This document shows positions 45,659 to 63,754 of a DNA stretch of 64,000 nt, piece by piece; position 1 is the stretch's first letter, and every line of letters begins with the position of its first letter. Under the pieces are notes generated by a model. The model was not told where the DNA came from and searched no databases. It saw nothing but the letters and a program-made list of their open reading frames with translations. The position numbers were made by a program, and so were the translations under genes. Source of the stretch: the human T2T-CHM13v2.0 reference genome, Homo sapiens; the NCBI RefSeq assembly GCF_009914755.1, contig NC_060941.1. One strand, written 5' to 3'.

Positions 45659-47775
45659 TTAACCAGATTTCGGCTGAAGAATATAGAAACTACTCTAGCT
45701 GTTATAAGCAGAAATGGGTTTAAAATATGGAGGACTGGGTGCGTATAAAATCACTGAAAGGGCTGAAGGGGGTAAACTCTAGGCTGGGCCTTCAGAAATG
45801 ACTCCCCAAAGAGTTCCCTGAAGAGCTGCTACCTCCAGGAATAATTGAGAGGCCCTATTGGCTCTCTTGACTTCTAGAGCACAGTGCCACTGCCGCAGAC
45901 CAGGGGTCAGGAAGCGGCACTAACACTGTCTCTCTCAGCCACAAAAGGAGCGATTGGGAATGTGGCCCCTGCACAGAAACTGCCACCATCTCCAGTACTG
46001 TGCTTACAGGCACCCACAGCCAGTACCTGCCAGGTCACATGCACTCACATGTAACTGGGGGAACCAGATCCCTAGCCTCAGCTCTCCTTGCACGGAGGCT
46101 GCATAAGCTGTGTGCCAGGCTTGTCAGTCCTGCACCAGGTGTGCCTGTGGTGGTGGGTGGGAGAGACCATTTTAACTACTTGCTTTGTAAACATTTAAAA
46201 TAATGGGATGGCTGTTCATTAACATTCATCTAGCGCCTAACACTTTCCAAACTGTTGGAGATATGGGAACCAAATTAAGGGGGGTGGTTTAGAACCAGAG
46301 TAAGATCTAATCCTCCATTCCTGAGTACAGCTGTCATTACCTCTTCTAAATTGCTGCAGTCTCTGCCTGCCTTCCCTTCTTTAGGTCATTCTCTGTGGTT
46401 CCTCCTTTAACATGATTATTTAACTTCTGTGGCTTCCATTGCTTCTGAGAGGAGGAGGATTATTATACTATAAACGCTTACTGTGTACTAAGTGCCAGTC
46501 ACTGTTCTAAACCATTCTTTACGTAGATTAGCAATCAATCCTCAAGGAACTCTCTCAGTAAGGGATTCTTAGCTCCCTTTTATCCCCCCGCCCTTGCCCA
46601 CATGTTATGGATGGCATGACTGAAGGATGGAGAAGCTAAGTAATTTATCCAGGATCCCCAGCAAAGAAGTGGCAGAGCTGAAGTTTCAACCCCAAGGCCA
46701 TACTTGTAGCTACTGCACTCCCTCTCAGGAGAAGTGTATGGAACTGATAAACCCCCAGTTCTGAATGGTGATGATCTTTGCTGGGGGAAGGTGGAGTATA
46801 CAGTCAGGGAGGGAAAGATAGGTGGGGCTTTGGTGGAATGGGGACATTTTATTTCTTAAGCTGGAGATTGGCTCCATGGAGATTTGTTGATTATTTGGTC
46901 TTTATGCCTTTTTAAAAATGTCTTAAATATTTCTAAATAAATTTTTAAAGAAAAGACTGTGTTGGTAGTTATGACTTGGGTGATTGAATAAGATAGAAGC
47001 ACCTCAGCGTGCTCCCACTCCTGCTCTCCTGCTCTGTTCAGACCAGGGTGAGGAATGTAAGGTGGATCATAGGGAACTTCTTTTCCCATGTTGCATTCCT
47101 GCTCAGGTGGCGGAGCTGAACAAGGAGGGCACCGCTGCCTCCTCTCCCAACCACATGGCTCTAGAGTCTGCACAGGGTCTCAGAGACCTCAACAGCTTGA
47201 AGTGCTTGTTGAGCTTAGGTAACCCATGACTGCACAGCTGTTCAGCTCACCATGGGTTAACAATTGTAGCAACCTGTCTCTAGAGTTTCTCTCTGAAACT
47301 GGAGGCTCCAGGCTTCTCCTAGTGTGGCAGCCAGGCAGGAACACTGAGGAGTATCCATCCATGGAACCACCCAGTGCTCTCCCAGCTATAGGTCAAGTGA
47401 TACAATCCAAAATCCTTCCAGGGTCTCTGCCTACCTCTCCAGCCTCCTGTGAAACAACCCTGCTAGGCTTCAGCCCCCGAAGGCGAGAAGCTCTTTTCCA
47501 TTTCAGGGCCTTCCCATGCACTGTCTAGGCTGGTGGGAGTGAGTTTGTAGGTACGAGGTGCGCACACATACACACAGACATACTCTACCTCGCTAACCCT
47601 GACATACTTTTTCAGGCTCTGCTTAATTGTCACTTTCTCAAAGGAGCTTTCTGAATCCCTAAATTAGGTTATCTTGTCCCACTGTTCCTTTTATCATGCT
47701 TACAACAATGTGTAATTTTCTATTTGTGAAATCATTTTAAAGATAATGTCTCTTCTACTATATGATAAACTATAA

Positions 47776-48130
<355 letters not shown>

Positions 48131-50277
48131 GGAACCATGTTTTTTTATATAATACTCAGTATTCACAGTGCCTGGCACAGAATAGGAACCCATTAAATAT
48201 TTTCTAAATAAGGAGAGGATAGGTGGGGATATTGACATGTTTGGGGGGGTGGAGCAAATGGTAGGCAGATTGCATGGGAAAACAACGAGTTTGAGCCCTT
48301 ATTTACCGTGCTTTCCTTTTTTTGCAGCACTTTACACCTGGTGAACCATGTATCTTACTTACACATCAAGTTTATTATTGATCCTTTTTCTCTACTAAGA
48401 TGTGAGCTCCACAGGGCCAGGGATCTCTCTTTTGTTCCTTGATACAGCCCCAGCCTAGAGGAGGCTGAGCTGTAGAAAACCTCTGTATTTATTGAATGAG
48501 TGAGTACTGTCTCTATAAACTAGAAATCCAGGCCATAGATTGAGAGAAGCTGGATGGCATCAGGATTCCAGAGTGCAGGAAAAGTTTTAAGCAGTTACAA
48601 GAGGGGGGTTTTGGCAGTCCATGTTAGGTTAGTAAGAGGAATTCTTGGTGGCAGCAGGTGCTTATGCTAGTGTTAGTAGGTAACAGAGCTCATTGCTGTT
48701 TCTGAGACTACATGTGGCAGTGTCAGGCGGTCTGGAAATGACTGAAGGTTGGGATGATACAGAAGTATGGATAGCAAGCATAGTGAAAGGAAGGAAGGTC
48801 GGGGGCCTCGGCTGTTACAGATGACGATATTGAAGTGACTGAGCATGATGAGACTCAAGCCAACTAAAATGGCTAGGAAAGAAGCAGAGAGAATGGGGTT
48901 GCAGCCAGGACTTGAAAAGGCTCAGACCCTAGCAAGGGTAGACTGGAGGCTAACGAGGCTGGGTCAGCAAGGCAAGTTCCTTCTGTCTTGGTATCTTAGA
49001 GATGACAATGTAGTAGAAAAGTCTGAAAAGGAGCTCTTTCAAAATCAAGTTCTCCAAAGTCTGAAGGGACAGCAGCCTGAACTTTGTGTCCATACTGTAG
49101 CCTGTCATTTTAGAAAAAGCAAAATGTGGGAATCTCTCTATTTGGCCCTGTTATGACAACACTACCTGAAAATTTTAGCTGAAAGCAGAAAATCCTTGGA
49201 AAGAAAATTGTTTTAAAAGACTGTTGCTTTCTTATATAAAGAGTTACCATCTACCTTTTCACCAGCAGATGTCACCCTCATTTAAAAAACAAAAGGCAAA
49301 AGCTTACTAGGCAAAGAGTAACCAAAATTTCCATCTTGCTGAAAGTTTTTTAAAATTATATATGTAGTTATTAAATGGTTGCTATCTTAATATTTCTTAA
49401 ATAAAACAAATGATTTGTTGAAAAATCATAAAGAAACTAAAGTTCCCATTGCCTTCCTGTATTCTCCTGCTGCATGAAAATGCTGATATGCAAAAGGGTA
49501 GGTTCCCATGTGAGTCCTTATCTGTGAGGTATGGCCCTAGAGTCAGGTCTTTTTGAAGAAGGGGAATGTCAAGATTGCTTTGATGCCCTGGTTTTTTAGA
49601 CAGTAATAGACCCATAAGTGAGGATCTGAAAAGAGTTTATGGCTAGACAAAAAAAGAAAATGCCCATTTAATTTATCTGTGTTACAAGAATAGATCCAGA
49701 TTTTGAGATCTTCCACTTATCCCTTCAGATTATTAAGTGGCTGCTTGATTCAAAGATCCAAAAATTACTGGCTTAAGTCAGAAGGTTTATCACTGCATAA
49801 TATAAAAGAGACCCAGAGGTGTACAGCTCAACTGGGTCAGAATTCCGCATTCCTCTGTCTGTTGCTTTGCTGAGTGAGGCTTCTCTTCCCTTTTCTTAGG
49901 GTCCAGGATGACCTGTAGACTACCAGCCATAGCATTAGCATTGCAAGCTGGAAATATCACTGTGAGAACAAGTACGTGGGTAAACTGAGTGTGCCATGCT
50001 TGCATTATACTCCGGGACCCTTGGTCTTTTTATTAATTGAATACATGCTTTGTGGCATTTTTTTCTGTTTGTAAAATAATGTGCTAGTACTTTAGTGTAG
50101 AGTAAATAGTTGTAAGGGAAATTCTCCCACCTGAAAAAGCTTGTGATCTGTCACAACTTGTAGTTTCTCAATCTCTGTTTCACTTTCAGTCTTTATGAAA
50201 ACAGGTAATTATTTAGCGGTTTCTGAGAAACTAGCTTAAACTTTATCCTTTCCAATAATACAATGCCATTTCTAGAC

Positions 50278-50581
50278 CAGCACCATTCAAAAGAAATAAT
50301 GGAAGCCACAAATGTGAGCCACATGAATCATTTTAAATAGGCTAGTTGCATCATCTAAAAAGTAACAGGCGGAATTACTTTTAATAATGTTTAACTTGAT
50401 ATATCCAAAATATCGCCATTTCAGTGTGAAAGCAACAGAAAAATTGTTAATGAGGTATTTCTCTTTTTTTTGGTGCTAAGTCTTTAGAATCCAGTATATG
50501 TTTTAATACTAAGTACATCTCAATTTAGACCTCAAGGCTCAATAGCCACACTTGGCCAGTGGCTGCTGTACTGGGCAGCAC
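50278..50581 (+). mobile_element. MER33 (hAT-Charlie)
   Basis: gccacaaatgtgagccacat...ctcaatagccacacttggccagtggctgctgtactgggcagca. Confidence 0.75.
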
Positions 50582-51142
50582 ATGGTCATCCTTCCCCTCT
50601 ACACTTGTCTGAGATTTCCAGTCAATTGCACAAGCTTTAAATACTCTGTGTGTCTTCTTTATTTCCCCAGTTCATTGTTGATTCACTTAAGTGAGAAACC
50701 TAAGTGCTCCAGTGCCTTCCTACGGCAACCAACACAGTCCTGGACTCAGACCAGGAAATTCTTGTTTGACTTTTGGATGTGTTTAGTAGGAAAGAAAGCT
50801 TCCTTCAGGCAGCACTGTCCAGTAGGTAGCTGAAGAAGGAGGCTGGACTTGGAGCTCGAGGGCAACACTGGGACAGTACTCAGGCATCAGTAGCACAGAA
50901 ATGATGGTCAGAATGGTGAGCATGGACAACCTCTCCAGAGAGTCCAGGGCTGGAGAATGAGTACAAAGACTTGAAGTCCATTAGCAGTGAGAGGGCCAGC
51001 AGAGCACAAAGGCGTCTCTGAGGGGCACAGGAGGGGCGTGGGCCACGCATTCAGACAAGCCTGATGTGCTTGTGCTCGTTCACTGGTCCTGTTGTGCTCA
51101 TAGCTCAAGGCTGTTATAAAGTAAAAGCACCTGCGTTTCTAA

Positions 51143-51581
<439 letters not shown>

Positions 51582-52469
51582 TAATTTTTTAATTAAAATA
51601 AAACAATACCTACATAAGACTTTGGGATATATTACCAGGATTTTTCCTCTGGAAGGTTTCTATGTCTGATAGTCTAATATTACAAGTAGTTGGAACTCTA
51701 TTAGTATCTGGCTCTTTTCCTGTAGGTCTAGCCTTTGGGCCAAAAAGATGCCCAGAGGCAGTGAGACTCTCACCAAGGTCATTCCCAGAATTTTAGACTT
51801 TGCTGGCCATATATGGTCTCTGTCATATATTTGTCTTTGAGTTTTTCCCCCATCCTTTAAAAATGTAAGGGGCATTCTTACTTCACCTGCCAGTCCTGCC
51901 CTACTCACATAACAGTTATTCAAGGTGGAAAGGGAAGACTGGTTAGGAATACTTTGACTCTTTAAAAATGAGTCTGTCTTAGATATAAGATTGACTACAC
52001 ATAATGCATCAGGCAGGTAGCACACAGGAAACCATATTCCATATCCAAATGTCTTAGAATTTGGTGGTTTATATTGAAAAATGGACTGATAACATTCATC
52101 TATGATTTGCTTACTTCTTCCTTTCTGTAGCATGAACTCCTTTTCCTCTGAAGGTTTTGAAGAAAAACAACCCTGAATTTGTCCTTCAGTCATTTAAGAA
52201 AGATTAACAGCAGCATGGTGGAAAAGCATGGTCAGAGATGTGAGTTCTAGTCCCAGTGGTAGCTGGGTCAGTCATCTCAGCCATATCATCTCGGTTGCCT
52301 GAGTCTGTGCAGATGAGGGTGGGACTGGATGATTTCTAAGGTTCCTGTCAGCTCAAATTCTTTGCTTCTGAGTCCTTGCCTAATTGTTTCCATCAGGTTT
52401 TGAGTTCTGGTGCATTTTCTTCATTTCGAGTCTTTTAAAAGGCAAAATGACAAGTAGAAGTACAAGTGT

Positions 52470-52990
52470 AGTTGGCACTCCTTATCTGTGGCTTCTGCAT
52501 CCATGGATTTAACTAACTGTCAATCAAAAATATTTGAAATATAAATGGACAGTTGCATCTGTACTGATGCAGTGCATGTACTGTACATGTGCAGACCTTT
52601 TTTTCTTATTATTCCATAAACAATACAGTATAACAGCTATTTATATAGCATGTAAATTACATTAGGTATTATAAGTAATCTAGAGATTATTTAAATATAT
52701 AGGAGAGCTGGGCATGGTGGTATGCACCTATTGTCCCAGCTATTTGGGAGGCTGAGGTGGGAGGAACACTTAAGCTCAGGAATTCAAGTCCAGCCCACCC
52801 TGGGCAACACAGTGAGACTCCGTCTCTAAAAAAAAAATTAAAAATTAACAACATAACGTATGCGGGAGGATATGCGTAGGTTATACGCAAATAATAACCT
52901 GTTTTATAACAGGGACTTGAGCATCTGTGGATTTTGGCATCCAAGGGGGTTTCTGGAACCAGTCCCTCTTGGATACTGAAGGATGACTGT
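52470..52990. mobile_element. MER2 (Tigger MITE) with a FLAM insertion (~52706-52838)
   Basis: ttctgcatccatggatttaac...ggatactgaaggatgactgta; TA ends. Confidence 0.8.
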
Positions 52991-53225
52991 ACTTTGACTT
53001 TTATAGTAGCTAGCCATCCAGTGTCAGTTATTTACAAAAGAGAAACTGGGTTTTTCATCACAAAAATTTCTGTAGCTTGCTAATAGTTCTCTTTTTTTAT
53101 TCCTTCCTTCTCCTGCTCCTCCTCCTCCTCCTCTTCTGCTGCTACTGCTTTTGAATTTTGTAGTAAAAGAACCAATATTCCTAGCTTCCCAAGAAGCACT
53201 TGTTGAGTCTAGAATAAAACTTTTG

Positions 53226-53822
<597 letters not shown>

Positions 53823-53889
53823 ACCTTTTGAGGCAGATACATTAAAGTGTGTGAAAAAATAATTGTTAGTATGCTAATTGTAATTTTAA

Positions 53890-55310
<1,421 letters not shown>

Positions 55311-55879
55311 GCTTTTCTGTTATTATAATTAGCTGAAGGTCATTATCAGGAAAATATATATATATTTATATTTAAGAATCAACTTCAACTTGTAACAAAT
55401 AGGTTCTGCACCTTTCTTTAAAAGATATAATGGATGTTCATTCTGTATAAAGGTAAAGAACTTTAAAATCTTAAGTAATCACAAAAAAGTATTTCATGTC
55501 TATATCAAGGCCAGGGAAATAGGAGCAGAGACAGGCTGGACATAGGGAAGAGGAAATCCGTGGACTCTGGAATGCTAGCCATCACAGAATTAAAACTGCA
55601 TGTCATGTTCTCTGGGCTTCACTTCAACCATAGGCTTTCAGAATTAGAAGGAGCCTTAGAGTGTCAGCTAGTCTAAACCTTTCATTTCCAGATGAGAAAA
55701 CTGAGGTCTAGGGATATGAAAATTACTTAATCCAGATCATATATATTATTAGTGGAAGTGAATCCAAGTTTTTGAGGTCTCTAGCCTTAGTATTTTTTTA
55801 TTTCATCAACTAATTTTTTTACATGATGTTGCTGTCTCTGCATTTTTTAAACTTTATATGTTTGAGAAAAACAATCACT

Positions 55880-57050
55880 CCTTCAACATTTATTTAGCAC
55901 TCACTGTTGTCAAACACTATGCTGCCATAATTTACAGCCTAGAGAAGAAGACAGTCATTTTAAAAAATAACATACACAATGCTGAGTGCTGTGCCAAATA
56001 CCGGGTACTGTGGATGTTCAGTCAGAAGCACCTAGACTGGCTTAGGTGAGGAGGTGACATTTAGTCTGATATTTAAAGAATAGCTGGGAATTACCATGTT
56101 TTTTGACTCTGACATTATCAATTGCATTATGCACTATTTTATGTACCACTAAGAAAAAAATTGCCAGTTAAACTGATATATTCATTGTCAGTTATAATAT
56201 GCATCCCAGTTTCAGAAATGTTGAAATATTTGGAAATGTGCCCTAGAATTGATGAAATGTGGTGGTTAGATGAAGAAGCAAGCAGCTCACAGGGGAGTTT
56301 AGCACTTGCTGAACCTCAAAGCTAAGTCTGGGGAACTGGGAGTCTTACTGCTCAGGACCACGTGGACCTTGCAGAGAGTTTGGATTTTATTCTGAGAGCG
56401 TTACAAGACCTCAGAGTTTTAAACCAGGGAGGAGATCTGCATTTCAGAAGGATCACACTGGCTGCAGTATAGATGATGGATTAGAGAGAGTCTCTTACAG
56501 TACTCCAGCTAAGAGATGAGGGTGCCCAGGTTCCAATGGTGACCGTTGGAATGAAAATAGATGGGTGAAATTGAGGGATATTTGAGGGTGGAGGGCATGT
56601 AGGAGCTATTAATAGAAATGACAAGGTTTGGTGATTGATTAGATGTAGGAGAGATTGAAATACTCAGAAGGGCGAGGCGAGAAAGCTGATGAGTATATGG
56701 GACATGTTGATTTTGAAGTGTATCAAGTATAAAAGAGTGGACAACAAAGCCATAAAAGAACAGGAAACCTGCCAAGGGGGATGGGAAATAGTGGCATAGA
56801 GAAGAAGGCAGGAGTGGCCGTCGCTGATAAAGACAACCTGAGGGGTCTTTTGGTCCAAAGACTGAGGGGTCAAAAGATAACAGGGCCTTGGATTTTAGCA
56901 GCAAGAAAGAAATTATGGCCTTGGCTAGTCAGTTTCCATGAAGGTTTGGCAGGAGGAGAGGAGAGAGTGGGAGGAGCTGGAGGAGAATGTGGAGTCCAGG
57001 AGAGGTGATTGTTGCCATTTGTGAAGAGATTAAATATTTGAACATGTTCA
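55880..57050 (-). mobile_element. L2 fragments
   Basis: caacatttatttagcac; catttcagaaggatcacactggctgcagt; ggacatgttgattttgaagtg. Confidence 0.65.
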
Positions 57051-57591
57051 AGTGATGATGAGAAGGAGCTAATTACAGTAGCCAGACAGTCCCTGGGCCC
57101 GTTAGAGGTTGGAAATGCAATGTCTTTCACTCTGCACACAAACACCGCAACCCTCTTCTTTTTTATATTCAGTTCCATCATATGGAAACTCTGGCTAGAA
57201 AAAAAACAGAGAAATACTTGTAAAGCAAGGAATTGATCCAAGACCCAATCTTATGTTTTGGGCCTTCATATCTACTTTGGAGAGAGTTGTGAGTTGAAGA
57301 CCCAGGACACGCAAAGTCCCTAAGATAGGATCCAGAGGTTTGGAGGGTGCCCCCTTGCATTGCCTCTCTGACCCCATTGATTGTGAGACATATCGGTATT
57401 GCACATACCATTAAGAAAGGAAAATATGCTGCCTGTGCACTGACATGGCATCATAAGACACATCCCAATGTAAGTGATGGTAACCTGTGAAGGGATGTGC
57501 GTCTTTGAGTTGATGGAATACAGTATTAGCCTTAGATAGGAATAACAGATGTGGGACAAAGAACAGGGTGACACTCATATATCTGTAGTGA

Positions 57592-57895
<304 letters not shown>

Positions 57896-58928
57896 TGAAA
57901 CTTGGAGTTTTTACTTGATGGCTTTTATTTCTTCTGCAGAGTAGTCAAGTTCATTTTCTGGGGATGGGGAGAAGTGGGAACAAGGAGGTAGAGGGATTAG
58001 GAGCTCAGGAGTGGAAGATCTCTAAATGAATTGTTGACACCACTGGAACAAGGCAGACCCAGGAAGTTGCAGGATTGACAGGAAGCAGTGAGGGCGTTCT
58101 GAGGCCAGGACCATGCATTCGTAGCAGTACCAAACTGCATGTCACATGATTTTCTTGAGAGATACTTAGCAACCTGAGTCAGGAAGTAGGGAGAGTAGAC
58201 AGTGGGTTCATCCAGGACTAAGGACTTGCCAGGCACTAGTGACAGATAGACAGTGAGGCAAAGACCTGGAGGATACTGGTAGTGTGGACAATGTAGCGTT
58301 CACATGGTAGATGGCCAAGTCCATGTTGAGAGACAAAAACTGCAGGTAGACTGGAGCTGACAATGTAAAGGGAAACAGTACCGTATCATGAACCACCCCC
58401 CAATGTTGACTTAAAATATTTTTTAATGTTTCTTCTACATAAAAGGTATGTACAGAACTAGGCATAAACTCATTTTGTACATAGCTGTTTCTCAGCTATC
58501 AAACCAGTGATGTTTACAAATTGAGTAGAAAACCAAAAATGTTTTCAAATAACAAAATAGATGTAATGTCCTGGATAATGATGTTTTGTGTACAAGATGA
58601 GGTGGGACTGACTATTGAGGCGCCGACTCTTGCACTTTACATGTCGGCGTGCAGAATTACTACTCGAATCACTGTTTGCATTCGGCATGCTAATTAGTAA
58701 ACCCTATTATTAGGTTATCACCCAACTCTTCTGCTCCTTTTTTAAAATTTAAATTACTATGAGATCTTTGTTTATGCAACTTACTCTAATATGATTTTAG
58801 ACCTTCACTTAATGCAAATTCATTATTCGCACAGTAGGCCCAACTGCATTCTTTCCCAGTAAATCTGGCAGAGTGTGGCAGTGCTACAGACGCCAAACCA
58901 CAGTTGCTGACACTAAAATTCAGTAGTA

Positions 58929-60310
<1,382 letters not shown>

Positions 60311-60442
60311 GCTTTAATTATTCAGATAACCCAGAATGCACCAATATATGTTTTATACATTATCATCAGAATTAAAACAAAAATACATATAAATTCATGG
60401 ACACCTAAAGATTCCTTCGTTTTATAAATATTGAACAAGAGC

Positions 60443-60960
60443 AGTGGTTCTCATAGAGAGGTGCTGGAACCAGCAGCATCAACATTGTCCCAGTAATTGT
60501 TAGAAATGCAAATTCCGGCCGGGCATGGTGGCTCACACCCGTAATCCCAGCACTTTAGGAGGCTGAGGCGAGCGGATCACTTGAGGTCAGGAGTTCGAGA
60601 CCAGCCTGGCCAACATGGTGAAACCCCATCTCTACTAAAAATATAAAAAGTATCTGGGCTTGGTGGCCTGCGCCTGTAATCCCAGCTACTCTGGAGGCTG
60701 AGGCAGGAAGATCACTTGAATCCGGGAGGTGGAGGTTGCAGTGAGCTAAGATGGTGCCATACTGCCCTCCAGCCTGGGTGACAGAGTGAGACACTGTCTC
60801 ACACTTAAAAAAAAAAAGAAAGAAAGAAATGCATATTCCCAGTTTCTCCTTGCTTTTTGACACTGAATCAGAAAGTCTGGAGGTTGGCACCAGGTGTCTG
60901 GGCTCTGATAAGCCCTCTAGGTGATTGTGATGCAAACCAAGGGTGAGAACTGCTGCTCCA
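60443..60960. mobile_element. MER5A split by a + strand AluS (60517-60827)
   Basis: cagtggttctc...accagcagcatc...gttagaaatgcaaattc; gccctctaggtgatt...tgagaactgctg; TSD agaaatgca(a/t)attcc. Confidence 0.8.
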
Positions 60961-61215
60961 GTCTTAATGTATCACCTTGATTTTACAGATGAGGAATCCA
61001 AGGCCCAGGAATAGCTGGCTCAGACTCTCAAGATTAGTTTGTGTGTAGCAAAACTAGGTCTCAAACTTGGAACTCTAGACTTTAGTCCAGTTCTGTTTCC
61101 AAAGCACTACATTGTCATTTTTTCTCAGTTTTTGGTTATGGTTTCCTTGGTTTGGGTTGGGTTTTAAAGGGGTCTAGCTAAAGTTTTGGGTTCTTTTGCC
61201 TTTCATTCATTTTAG

Positions 61216-61542
61216 TGCCAGAACCTACTAAGACCTGTTCAAGCCAGCCCCAACCTGCCGGTACCAGTACCAGTACTTCCACCAGCACTATCTCAAGCAG
61301 CAACAATGGCAAACGTGCATCTGCCAGTGGCCAGCAGCCAGCTGCATCCCGTTACCTGCCTCGTGAGGTGCCTCCACGCTTCCGCCAGCAAGAACAGAAG
61401 CAGCTATTAAAGAGAGGCCAGCCATTGCCTACGGGGACTCTAACCAGTGTGAGCCCAACCCAGGGTGCTGGGCCTGCAGGGGTAAGCCCACCTCCCCTAC
61501 CTGGAGCCGGAACACAGCATCATCCCAGTAAGCTCCAACCAG
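61216..61542 (+). CDS. TNRC6C: 327-nt coding exon, phase 1-1: (V)[13 protein letters not shown]...SNNGKRA...[25 protein letters not shown]...SKLQP
   Basis: Acceptor ttcattcattttAG (61214-15); donor CAG|gtaaaa. Falls inside ORF 61215..61562 and contains the GW182-family block PREVPPRFR...KQLLKRGQ. Confidence 0.92.
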
Positions 61543-63062
61543 GTAAAAACCACATAGGATGAGACATTGTTTTGATCTGAAAACTTTGCTATTTTCAACT
61601 TTGCTGCTGAGCAATAGAAATAGACATATTTTGGTCCATACTCACAACATACACAGAGACAGACAAATTCATTTCATTTTAAGTGGGTTTTAAAATTTAA
61701 TTGTGTTTTCCCTCTATTTATTTACATTATTGGTCATGAGTTTGCAGATGGCATGAGCTACTTCAGCTGAGCTTATTTTTCATCAGAAACTAAAGGTCTG
61801 TACATTGGTCCATACGAACCCATCAAGGCAGTTACTTTAGAACCCAGAAGTGAAAACTTTTCAGTAAAACCCTTTTCTCTCAATTTCCTAGTCTGTCTTA
61901 TGAGTGCACACAAGCATTTTTTGCAGGGAGGTACAGATCCTTCCACTAGGCGTTTCTAACTGTAACTTAGTCATACACATTGAGCCAAGCCTATCTGATA
62001 CCTCCTCATCCTAAGCCCTGCTTCTTGTTGCTTCCTTGCCTGTAACTAGTTGTTAGCTTTCTTTTGGCTCCTAAGAAAAATCACCACTTGTTTATTTGCT
62101 TTCCAGCTGCCAAAATGCAGATGTCTCTCATTTCCTGTCAGCTTCTTTTCCAATCTCCTTGACTTGATGGATTTGTACTTTTGAAAAATTCATGTACTGT
62201 AGTTTTAAGGAATTTTTGGAAGAGAACAAAGTATTTGTGGTCAACTGCCATGTTCTCTGTTAGATTCTTCAATTTTTCGGTTTCAAGTAACAACTAATAA
62301 TTGGTGCTGTTTCTGGAATGGAAACTTATCTGCTCATAGTTGTGAAATTAAGGTCTGTAATTAGATGTGCAAGGAGGCTTCTTAGATTGGAATTTAAAAG
62401 AAACATGGCACAAGTCATATTCTTGTTTTCTTTCATGTGCTGCTTTTTAATATGGGTAATAATTCTAGCATGACGTAGAAGTATTTATAGCAATGTTTTT
62501 CAAAACTGTGACTTTGTAGTATAGTCAGAACTAATATTTTTAGACAACTTTACCAAGTCTCTTCAAATAGTCTTGGCTTTCGTCTGCTAACCACTTGGTA
62601 GAGGGGATGTAGGTCAATGATTGTCACCAAAAAGCAAGGCAGAAAAGATAAAATATATTCACTGACCAAGAATATAGTCTCATCTATTTAGTTGCCAGCA
62701 GTTTACAATCAAACATGCTACTTTCCCAATATGGTCCTTGGGAAAATCTTAACAGAGACAAGGATTCTATAGTTAGACCTAAATAGCTTGGTGTTTTAAT
62801 TTAAGGGTCTTATTTTGAAAAACTGAATAAGAAATGTAACAGCCCTGCCTGTTCTGGTTGTATCTGGTTGTGATGTGATTGGTTGACAGTATTGCATCAG
62901 TTTTCTCATCAAATGCTGCTGGTGCAGAATGTTACTGGTATCTTCTTAGATAAGTAGAAAATAAGCAATTAAGTCAATAAAATCTTGCTATGATATAATA
63001 TTCCCTCATTAAATATTTATCTCTGTAAATATAACATTATCTAAGAAAATACTCCTAGTTCA

Positions 63063-63440
<378 letters not shown>

Positions 63441-63754
63441 TCATTTTATGGATTGAAAACATCTCAAAAAATTGATCAATCTATGTAGTGAGCATAAAAT
63501 AAGAAATTCATTCTTGACTCCCAAACAAAAATCTTCATTTTATACCAATTTCATCTCTTCCTCAGTAGTCTCTGGTATCACAGCCAGATGCATCTTTCTA
63601 ACTCACCACCCTTCACTGACGAGGGGTCCCCTCACAAACCTGCCGTGGTCACCTAGTTACTAATGCACAAACTCTCCGTTTTTCTCTCTGGCTGTGAAGG
63701 CCCTTCATAGCCGAGTCTCCCCAACATTTTCCCCGCCTACTCTCCATGGCCTAC

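Noticed and set aside
51660-52193. Longest ORF in the track (177 aa, minus strand)
   Set aside because: No recognisable domain, non-ATG start, and it includes a MER58-like fragment (~51790-51895); consistent with chance.
62870-62890. TGATTGG next to TGACAG (NF-Y / TALE homeodomain-like)
   Set aside because: An isolated motif pair with no other promoter features.
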